From a virus (lineage: Duplodnaviria > Caudoviricetes): a stretch of DNA of 64,000 bases. Positions within the stretch are counted from its first letter, which is position 1. Every line of letters begins with the position of its first letter. Where the stretch lies: the IMG/VR virus record IMGVR_UViG_3300017780_003662, positions 880-64,879 of that record; one strand, written 5' to 3'. Shown here piece after piece: positions 9,672-17,624 of this stretch. Made by a program: the position numbers and the translations under genes. The notes below the pieces were generated by a model. The model saw only the letters and a program-made list of their open reading frames with translations. It was not told where the DNA came from and ran no database searches.

Positions 9672-11225
9672 ATGCTCGATCAAGAAATCCAATCCCGTAT
9701 GGATGCCTACCGGGGCAACCCTCAAGCGTTGATGCAACGGTACGCGCAGTCGCAGCAGCTAATCGACTTGTTGGCTTTGCAGAAGCTTAAGTCTGAAAAA
9801 GAAGCCGCTGCACGGCAGATGCAGATGAACGCGCCGGGGCAGATGCCGACCGTAGCCCAACAGCGCGAACAGCAGGTCATGGACATGACCAAGCAGGAAG
9901 TCGCGCAGCGCGTCGGGCAAGTCGCTCAGCAGCAAGCCAAGCAGCAGCAAGATAACCTCCAGCGGGCTGCGCAGAGCGGTATTGCTCAAGCCCCCGCACC
10001 TAACATGATGCCTGCACAGGCGATGGCGTCGGGCGGGATCGTGGCGTTTGCCGAAGGCGGCACCACGGGCGAGGAGCCAAGCTGGATTCAAGACGCTCCG
10101 AATTGGCTCAAGTCGGCATGGCGCGAAGCCGATGCACGCGGCGATGCCCGGGCGTTGCAGGCAATCAAGCAGAGGGCCGATCAGCTAAAACAAGCTCCCG
10201 TTGCGGCGCCCGTAAAAGCCCCCGCACCCCAGGCACCTGCCGGCGTACCTCCTGCACGCATGACCGAAGGCCCCTTGCCCCCTCCCGGTGCGGCGGGGCT
10301 TGGGTCTATCGCCCTGCCTACTGTGCGGACTGGAGCGATGCCCTCGGGCGCACCGGCTGAAGCTGCACCACCTGCAGCCCCCACTAAAGGGCAGGCTCCG
10401 TCTGGGCTGCAGCAGGCGTACGAATCCGCGGAACTTGGGCGACTCAATGTAGACCCGGAAGCGGTCGCTGCGAGCCGTCGCGCCGCCTACGAAAAAGAGT
10501 TTAGTCCGCTTTACGCAGAACAACAGGCGGCAAAACAACAAGGGCTGGCTGCGCTCGAGGAGCGCAAGAAACAACAGCAAGCCGCGCAAGATCCGCTTAC
10601 GGCGTTCTTGCTCGGAGCCCGAGGCCGCAGCGTAGGCGAAGTGCTCGGGTCGGCAGGGCGTGCAGCGGGTGCGTACGGCGCGGAGCAATTGGCCGCGCAG
10701 GCAGCACTCGATGACCAGCTGCAAAAGCTTCGGGAAGCTCAGGCTGGGGCTAAGATTTCTCAAACTGAAGCCGCATACGGCAAGGGCGAAGGGGGCCGCA
10801 AAGAGGCCATTGAAGAGCGCGCTAAAGCTGTGCAGAGCGCCGGTCCCTACCTTACCGGGATGGCTGCCGCAGATGCCCGCCGTGATATTGCTGAACGCGA
10901 TGCGAATATCCGAGAGTTGAATCGGGCATTAGGGTTGGATGAAAAAACATCCAATATGATTCGAACGCGGGTCAGCGAGGCGACAAAGATTATTAACCAG
11001 GCGTACGCCGATAAGCTGAAAAAACCCGAGGCTATGTATAACGCCAAAGTTGCCGCAGATATAGAAAAAGCGCGTGCTGCGGAGGTTCTCAAAAGTACCC
11101 GTGAGATTTACGCTGAGTTCGGAAAGCAAATGCCGGAAGTGCTTGAAACCGCCGCCCCTGCCGCGGGACCTGCGGCTGGCCAAAAAGTAGTTAAGCTAGC
11201 TGACTTGCCTAAGCTTGGGAAATGA
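9672..11225 (+). CDS. Putative internal virion protein
   Basis: Q/A/P-rich helical protein with MASGGIVAFAEGG. Confidence 0.55.
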   Translation: MLDQEIQSRMDAYRGNPQALMQRYAQSQQLIDLLALQKLKSEKEAAARQMQMNAPGQMPTVAQQREQQVMDMTKQEVAQRVGQVAQQQAKQQQDNLQRAAQSGIAQAPAPNMMPAQAMASGGIVAFAEGGTTGEEPSWIQDAPNWLKSAWREADARGDARALQAIKQRADQLKQAPVAAPVKAPAPQAPAGVPPARMTEGPLPPPGAAGLGSIALPTVRTGAMPSGAPAEAAPPAAPTKGQAPSGLQQAYESAELGRLNVDPEAVAASRRAAYEKEFSPLYAEQQAAKQQGLAALEERKKQQQAAQDPLTAFLLGARGRSVGEVLGSAGRAAGAYGAEQLAAQAALDDQLQKLREAQAGAKISQTEAAYGKGEGGRKEAIEERAKAVQSAGPYLTGMAAADARRDIAERDANIRELNRALGLDEKTSNMIRTRVSEATKIINQAYADKLKKPEAMYNAKVAADIEKARAAEVLKSTREIYAEFGKQMPEVLETAAPAAGPAAGQKVVKLADLPKLGK

Positions 11226-11228
11226 CCA

Positions 11229-14200
11229 ATGCCCTACTCCGTTGAGCTGCCTGATGGCACCCTAGTTTCGGACATCCCTGATGACATGCCCCCTGCGGAG
11301 GTGCAGCAGCGTATTTACGCTGCATACCCGCAGTTCGCGCCTAAACAATCCACCGTTCTAGGCGAGCTCAAGCGGGGCGCCAAACAGTTCGTATCGTCCA
11401 CACAAACCGGGTTGGAAGCCATCACTTCCCCTGAAGAGGCGGCCAAGGCGGGTGTTGAGCGCGCGCAGCGAATCGCGGAGGAAGCGGGCCAGGGCGTATC
11501 GTTTGAGCCAGTCAAGGAAGCGTACCAACGGGAAGGGCTGCTGGCTGCACTGGGCGAGGCGGCGTCACAAGTGCCGCGAGCGGTGGCAGGCATGGCGCCC
11601 GCTGCGGCGGCAACGATTGCCGGGGGTAAGGCTGGGGCGATGGCGGGCACGGCAGCGGCGCCGGCGCTTGGGCCGTTTGCTCCAGCGGGGCCGATTGTGG
11701 GTGGTTTGCTGGGCGCAGGGGCTGCGCTATATGGGTCGATGGCGGGCTCGAACATCGAGCGCCAAGCGCAAGAACAGTTAGAGGCGGGTAAGCCCGTCAG
11801 CATCGACCGACCGGCGGCCTATGGAGCGGCGGCAGGGCAAACTGCGCTGGAAGCTGTGGGCACGGGCGCGGTGCTAGGCAAACGCTTAGTTAAAAGTGTC
11901 CTAGGGATTGCGGATGATGCCGTGCTAGCCACAGCGCAAGCCCGGCAGACGTTGGTGAAGGAAGCCCAGCGGTCCTTGCTGGGAGCCACAGGCATGGGCG
12001 CCGTGCGGGGTACTGCCGAGATCCCGGTTGAGATTGCCCAAGCTGTGCTGGAGCGGGCGCAAGCCGGGCTCGATGTGCTGTCTCCGGAAGCATACGCCGA
12101 GTACGGCGACACTGCATATCAAGCAGCGCTGGGCGGTATGGGTTTGGGCGCAATCACAGGTGTGCCCTCTCGTGGGCAAGCTCGGGCGGAGCTGGCACAG
12201 GTTCAACCCCCACCTGCTCAGGCAGCGCAACAAGAAGCTCAGCAACGCATCCTCGCCGCGCGAGAGCAAGAGCGCGTTAAGGCCGAGGCGGAAACACCCT
12301 TTGGGGTGATGGGGCCGTATGCTCAGGAACAGTATGGGCAGCTGGAGCAGGAGAAGCAGCAGCTGCTGGAGCTGCCGCAGGCGCCGAATGTTCAGGAGCG
12401 TGTTGCCGAGATTATCGCGCAGCAGAAACAGCTGAATGTTGCGGAGGTCACTCGCCTCCGCGAAGAGAAAGCGCAACAGGAAGGCGAAGCGGCGAAAGCT
12501 GCTCAAAGTGCGTTTGCCCAGCCGGAAGTGCGCGAGACGCCTGAAGGTCAGGGCTTGTTGTTCTCGCAGTTCGAAGCGCCTGAAGCCCGCGTACAGCCTG
12601 AGACTGTGCCTGCGCCCACTGCGCCAGAGCCGCAACCGCTAGCTCCGAGCACGATGGAGAAAGAAGGCCAGCGGCGCCTGGGCTTGCGCGGTGGTAAAGC
12701 CGGCAAGGGCTTGTATAGAGAAGAGCCCCTGCAGATTGAAACCGGCCCGGCAGCGGAAGCCCTGCCTCCAGTAACCGAGCCTGTGCCCGAGCCTACGCTT
12801 GCGCCCAAGCGCGTGATGCCGCCGGAACTCCAGCCCGTAGTCGACAAACTTAGCGCGGCGGGTGTGCGCCCTGAAGTGCAGACGTGGGCAGAAAACGCCC
12901 GCAATCGTCCGTTTTTGCGTAAGCTGATGGGCATGGCCGACATGGCGCCGCAGGCTATCCCTGAAGCGCGCAAAGCGCTCAAATTCAAAGAAGGTTCTGA
13001 AAAAGCGGAGATATTCGATGCGCTCTTCCCGACTCCCGGAGTTCCTGCCTTTGAACCTGCCGCCGGAGCAGGTGAGTCTCGCTTGGGCTTACTTGGCCAG
13101 CTTGGAATCACTCCATCCGAGGCCCCTGCCCCCCGAGCTGGAGAGCCTGTCGGACGTGGAGTGGTACCTGCTGGACGAGCTGCTTCAGCACCAGCTAAAC
13201 CTGAAGGCCGGCCAGCTCCTGCACTAGCCCCTGCTGCCTACCCGTCGCTCTCTCGTGCCGAGCAGTATTGGAACGAAATTGCTGATGCTATCGGCGGCAA
13301 GACAAAACCTTTCTCCGAGCTGACCCCTGCGCAACGCGGGGCGTGGCGGGAGGCTGTGCAAACCGATCTGGCGCAAACTCTCCGTGACGAGTACACGCGG
13401 CTAGTAGCAGAAAAACCCGAAGCGCCGAAATATAGCGCCGAGGAAATCAAAGCCGCACGGAAAAAGGCCGTGGAAGCGGAAGTGCTGGAGAATCGGCGCG
13501 CAGAGCGTCGTGCTAAGGAAGAAGGAAAAGAAAAACCCAGCCTCGGCGGCGAGCGCACGCAGCAGGCGCAGGATTTCGAGCAGACGCTGCGCACAGCGCT
13601 CAACAAGTTCGGCCTGAAAGACGTTGGCCTGAAGCTGGTCAAGGGGATGCAGGACGAGGGGTCTTACGCACAGCAGCTTATCAAGATCGCTGCCGACTCG
13701 GCCAACCCGATCCGCACGATGCGGCATGAGGCTATCCACGCGTTGCGCGAGCTGGGGTTCTTCACCGATGCGCAGTGGCAGTCGCTGTCCAAGATGGCCA
13801 AGGACGAGTGGATCGACCAATACCTCAAGCAGCGCAACGTGGACGGCAAGCCGCTGAAGGCTGGTGAGGAGTCGCGCTACGACGCCTACCTGCGCGAGTA
13901 TGACGGCAACATGGAGAAGATCACCGAAGAAGCAGTGGCCGATGCCTTTGCCGACTTCGATGCGACCAAGCCGCCAGCCGGGATGGTTGCCTCACTCATT
14001 GCCAAGCTGCGCAACCTGTTCCAAGCAATCAAGTCTGCGCTGACCAAGGTGGAATCGCCCGAGCAAATCTTCGGCAAGGTTGAGAAGGGTGAGCTGAAAG
14101 AAGGTGCGCAAGAAGAAGGCGGCGAGAAGAAAAGCCTGCGGGATAAGGCCACTGCCAATTTCCTTCGGTGGTTTAGCGACAGCAAAGTGGTAGATAAAGA

Positions 14201-17200
14201 CGGGGAGCCGCTAGTCCTTTACCGGGGTATTGTTGGTTACGGCGAGCTGTCAGAAAAAGCTTTAAGTGCGGAGCCGCGTGAAGGCTATGCAACATTTGCA
14301 AGTGACAACCCGGCTATTAGTAGTACCTACGCTAATCCTGATTGGACTTACGGAGGCGCAAAAGAAACTGGGGCGATTGTTCCTGTCTTTGTAAAAGCCG
14401 ACAAACTGATTGAGTTTCCCGTTAAAACAGACGCGAGTGGGCGAAGAACCTTTGACAAGGTTGAATTTGATCGTCGTGCGAAAGGACTTGCCCCCGGCGA
14501 AGTTCTTGTAGCCCGCGGTGTAACGGACACTGGCCCCCGCGCTAGCCTTAAAGCGGACCCAGAAAGACGCTGGTCCTACCCATCCGACATATACGCATGG
14601 AACTCGGGCACCTCGGTCAAATCCGCCACCGGAAACAACGGCGAGTACAGCCTCACGGATGCCGACATCCGCAAAAGCCTGCGCGCGCCCAGCCCCACCG
14701 AAGGCATCGCCGCGCAAAGCGAGCTGATGAAGGACGCGCCGAAGTCGTTAGTTAAAACGCTGGGCGATGCGGTGCGCATCTTCATGGAAAAGGACGATGT
14801 GCCTTTTATCACGCGGTTCCGCACGGAAGCGGCGGATGTGGCAGCGTCAGTGGTTAACCGGCTGAACATCTTGTTTGATGGCAAGGTGCGGGATGAGCTC
14901 ACCGGCCTGACTAATCCTGAGCTGCTGATCCGTCAGGCGCAAGCGTCTGAGGCTTTGTTTAGCGGGTTTTTGGCGTCGGGCGGGATCGAGAAAGACGCCA
15001 CCACGGGGCAGTATGTTGTAACCGACAAGGCTGGGCCCGGTGGGTCTGTGGCTGACATGCTGACGGCAATCAAGAATTGGAGCGATGCCAAGGGCATGGA
15101 CTTCAAGCTGGGGTACGCCGAGGCCAGCAAGATGCTCGAAGCGCGTCGTCTGGACGCGATGCGGCAAGCTAACGTGGAACGGAAGCAAAAGGGCCAGGAC
15201 TTGTTCCCCATCCACAAGCTGGCGATAGAAGATAAGGCCCGTACCGCGGATGAGCAGATCGACGCAGCCCTGCGTGGGTTGAAGGCCAACCCGGAGATTG
15301 CCGAAGTTGCCGACAACATGGACAAGCAGCGCGGCTACATGATCGACAAGATGGTGGCGGTCGGGCGCATTTCGAAAGACACTGCACAAGAGTGGAAAGA
15401 CGCAGCGGGGTACGTGCCCTTTGACCGCGTCGAGGACTTCTTTGACAAGTACATCCCCAAGCGCACCTCGGGCCGCGGGCTGGCTCAGCTAGGCTCGCTA
15501 CCGCAGTTTGTGGGCACCACGCAGCGTGAAGTGGGCAACGTGTTTGATAACCACACGAAGCTGATGGGGTGGATGCTCAAGCAGACGCTCAAACAGGATG
15601 CCACAGCCACAACGCTTAATGTGCTCGCAGATATCGGGCAGGCAAAACGTTTGGGGGGCAACAAGGCCGCGGCCTCTAACCCCAACAACGTCGTCAAGTC
15701 GTACAAAAACGGTAAGGAAGAATACTTCGAGGTGCGCTCACATTGGGACGCGGTAGCGTTCCGTGATGCGCCGGAAGTGAAGGGCACGCTCGTCAAACTG
15801 TTTGCTCAAGTCTCGAACATCCTGCGCAAGATCGTGACGGTGATGCCGCCCTTCGTGGCCAAGCAGGTAACGGACGATATCCAGCGAGCGTTTATTACGT
15901 CCGGCGTAAGGAGCCCGTCGCGGTTGGTTGTGCCTGCGATCACAAACTTCCTGCGGATTGCTGGGCATGAGGTGGTGTTCGGTAAGAGCCACCCATTCAC
16001 CAAAGAGTTTGCCAAGAAGGGCTTGGTGGGCGACATCGACTACAACGCCAGCAACCCGGCGGAGACGGTGCTGTTCAACATGGGCTACTCCAAGCGCGGG
16101 TGGCTCAGCGAGCTGCACCATCGGCTGGAGTCGATCACCCGGGCGTCGGACTTGGCCATGCGGAAGGCAATCTACGACCGCACGATGGCGGAAGAGAACG
16201 AGGATGTGGGCCTAGCCACTGCACGGGCACGTGAGTTCATCAACTTCCGCAGGCGCGGCGCCAGCAAGACGGTGGGTACCGCGATTGCCACGATCCCGTT
16301 CTTTAACGCGTATCTGCAGTCGAACGACCTCCTGTACCGCAGCATGATCGGACGGGGCTCCAGCATCACCGAGCGGGCGGTGGCCAAGCGGTTGTTCTGG
16401 ACGCAGGCTGCCAAGATGACAACGTTCGCGTTGATTTACGCCCTGGCCAACAGCGACGACGAGGAATACGACAAGCTGTCATTCGAAGAAAAAGCCAACA
16501 ACTGGGTGGTGGACGGCAAGAAACTGCCCGCGCCAGGCGACATGGCTGCGCTGTTCAAGGTGCCGGTGGAAGCGCTGGTGCACTACATGAGCCGGCAAGG
16601 TACCGAGGAAGAGCAGCTGACCAATGAAGTGGTGAAGCAGGTGCTGGGCTACACCTACGAGCAGTTTGTGGGGCGGGTAACGCCCGTGCCGCAGGCGATC
16701 CGCCCTGTGGCGGAAGCGCTGACAAACTACTCGTTCCTTACGATGCGCCCGCTGGTGGGCACCTACCAGAGAGGGTTGCCGGAAGAGTTTCAGACTGTCA
16801 GCACGACCAGCGAGCTGGCCAAGGCGATTGCCAAGTTCTCGCACAACAACATCGTTGATCCGCTCACGGACACGCCGCTGGATCTGTCGCCCATCGTCAT
16901 CGACAACACACTGCGCGGGTACTTGGGCGGGGTGGTGCCGCTGATGAACATGCTGATCGACCAGATGGTGAACCCGAACAAGACCGACAGGCCGCTGAGC
17001 AAGTACTGGTTTGTTGGGCAGTACCTCACACCCGAGGTGCCGAGCGGGCCGAAGGATGAGTTTTATGATCTGGTGAACAAGGTGATGCCGGTCAAGCGCG
17101 CGCTGGACAAGCTGGCAAGCACCGACATCGACGCGGCGATGAAGTATTACGAGAAGAACGCGGACAAGCTGAAGATGGCGGAGATGGTGAACTCGGCCCT

Positions 17201-17378
17201 GCAAATTGTCCGGCAGACTCGGCAGTACATCAACTGGCTCGACAGCGAGAATGGCGCCAAAGAAATTGAAAGCGGTGCCGAACGCCTGAAGCTGAAGCAG
17301 GAGGCTGAGCGGTACCTGAATGAGCAGTTGTCATGGGTGCGCGCCGCCAAGGCGCGGATTTTTGGCAAAGCTGAGTAA
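11229..17378 (+). CDS. Giant internal virion polyvalent protein: HExxH peptidase-like + ADP-ribosyltransferase-like + LPD38-like domains
   Basis: RHEAIHA (13725-13739) with downstream EEAVAD; NFLRWFSDSKVVDKDGEPLVLYRG...VKSATGNNGEYS resembles ART-PolyVal; AREFINFRRRG...IPFFNAYLQ...RGYLGG resembles LPD38. Confidence 0.72.
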   Translation: MPYSVELPDGTLVSDIPDDMPPAEVQQRIYAAYPQFAPKQSTVLGELKRGAKQFVSSTQTGLEAITSPEEAAKAGVERAQRIAEEAGQGVSFEPVKEAYQREGLLAALGEAASQVPRAVAGMAPAAAATIAGGKAGAMAGTAAAPALGPFAPAGPIVGGLLGAGAALYGSMAGSNIERQAQEQLEAGKPVSIDRPAAYGAAAGQTALEAVGTGAVLGKRLVKSVLGIADDAVLATAQARQTLVKEAQRSLLGATGMGAVRGTAEIPVEIAQAVLERAQAGLDVLSPEAYAEYGDTAYQAALGGMGLGAITGVPSRGQARAELAQVQPPPAQAAQQEAQQRILAAREQERVKAEAETPFGVMGPYAQEQYGQLEQEKQQLLELPQAPNVQERVAEIIAQQKQLNVAEVTRLREEKAQQEGEAAKAAQSAFAQPEVRETPEGQGLLFSQFEAPEARVQPETVPAPTAPEPQPLAPSTMEKEGQRRLGLRGGKAGKGLYREEPLQIETGPAAEALPPVTEPVPEPTLAPKRVMPPELQPVVDKLSAAGVRPEVQTWAENARNRPFLRKLMGMADMAPQAIPEARKALKFKEGSEKAEIFDALFPTPGVPAFEPAAGAGESRLGLLGQLGITPSEAPAPRAGEPVGRGVVPAGRAASAPAKPEGRPAPALAPAAYPSLSRAEQYWNEIADAIGGKTKPFSELTPAQRGAWREAVQTDLAQTLRDEYTRLVAEKPEAPKYSAEEIKAARKKAVEAEVLENRRAERRAKEEGKEKPSLGGERTQQAQDFEQTLRTALNKFGLKDVGLKLVKGMQDEGSYAQQLIKIAADSANPIRTMRHEAIHALRELGFFTDAQWQSLSKMAKDEWIDQYLKQRNVDGKPLKAGEESRYDAYLREYDGNMEKITEEAVADAFADFDATKPPAGMVASLIAKLRNLFQAIKSALTKVESPEQIFGKVEKGELKEGAQEEGGEKKSLRDKATANFLRWFSDSKVVDKDGEPLVLYRGIVGYGELSEKALSAEPREGYATFASDNPAISSTYANPDWTYGGAKETGAIVPVFVKADKLIEFPVKTDASGRRTFDKVEFDRRAKGLAPGEVLVARGVTDTGPRASLKADPERRWSYPSDIYAWNSGTSVKSATGNNGEYSLTDADIRKSLRAPSPTEGIAAQSELMKDAPKSLVKTLGDAVRIFMEKDDVPFITRFRTEAADVAASVVNRLNILFDGKVRDELTGLTNPELLIRQAQASEALFSGFLASGGIEKDATTGQYVVTDKAGPGGSVADMLTAIKNWSDAKGMDFKLGYAEASKMLEARRLDAMRQANVERKQKGQDLFPIHKLAIEDKARTADEQIDAALRGLKANPEIAEVADNMDKQRGYMIDKMVAVGRISKDTAQEWKDAAGYVPFDRVEDFFDKYIPKRTSGRGLAQLGSLPQFVGTTQREVGNVFDNHTKLMGWMLKQTLKQDATATTLNVLADIGQAKRLGGNKAAASNPNNVVKSYKNGKEEYFEVRSHWDAVAFRDAPEVKGTLVKLFAQVSNILRKIVTVMPPFVAKQVTDDIQRAFITSGVRSPSRLVVPAITNFLRIAGHEVVFGKSHPFTKEFAKKGLVGDIDYNASNPAETVLFNMGYSKRGWLSELHHRLESITRASDLAMRKAIYDRTMAEENEDVGLATARAREFINFRRRGASKTVGTAIATIPFFNAYLQSNDLLYRSMIGRGSSITERAVAKRLFWTQAAKMTTFALIYALANSDDEEYDKLSFEEKANNWVVDGKKLPAPGDMAALFKVPVEALVHYMSRQGTEEEQLTNEVVKQVLGYTYEQFVGRVTPVPQAIRPVAEALTNYSFLTMRPLVGTYQRGLPEEFQTVSTTSELAKAIAKFSHNNIVDPLTDTPLDLSPIVIDNTLRGYLGGVVPLMNMLIDQMVNPNKTDRPLSKYWFVGQYLTPEVPSGPKDEFYDLVNKVMPVKRALDKLASTDIDAAMKYYEKNADKLKMAEMVNSALQIVRQTRQYINWLDSENGAKEIESGAERLKLKQEAERYLNEQLSWVRAAKARIFGKAE
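13018..13227 (+). CDS. Nested +1-frame ORF (69 aa) inside the giant virion gene
   Basis: GGAG at 13007-13010, 7 nt before the ATG; protein-like helical sequence; host frame is a low-complexity linker here. Confidence 0.5.
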   Translation: MRSSRLPEFLPLNLPPEQVSLAWAYLASLESLHPRPLPPELESLSDVEWYLLDELLQHQLNLKAGQLLH

Positions 17379-17624
17379 CTACACTGTGCGCCAGATACGG
17401 ACGCCGTAGCGTCCGTATTCACAGCGGTTAGCCACTGCAAAGTGCCAGCCGAGGTACGCCTCGATTGGGCCAAGCAGGTCGGCTACCTGCCTGGCGGTGG
17501 CGGTGGTGGGCAAGAAGCACGAGCACCCGCGGCGCATCTCTTCCCAGGGCATCCAGTACTCTGCGCCGAATATCTTAAAGACGCGGATATTATCCGGCAG
17601 CTTCTGGGGCTTGTGAAACTGCAT
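17379..17624 (-). CDS. Hypothetical protein (PWEEMRRG.S.F.P...YGVRIWR)
   Basis: Last gene of the - strand operon; same motif type as 42776..43120. Confidence 0.65.
   Translation of the reverse strand: MQFHKPQKLPDNIRVFKIFGAEYWMPWEEMRRGCSCFLPTTATARQVADLLGPIEAYLGWHFAVANRCEYGRYGVRIWRTV

Noticed and set aside
17376-17381. Convergent operons whose stop codons abut with no terminator
   Set aside because: Compact phage arrangement; nothing further in the sequence to support a function
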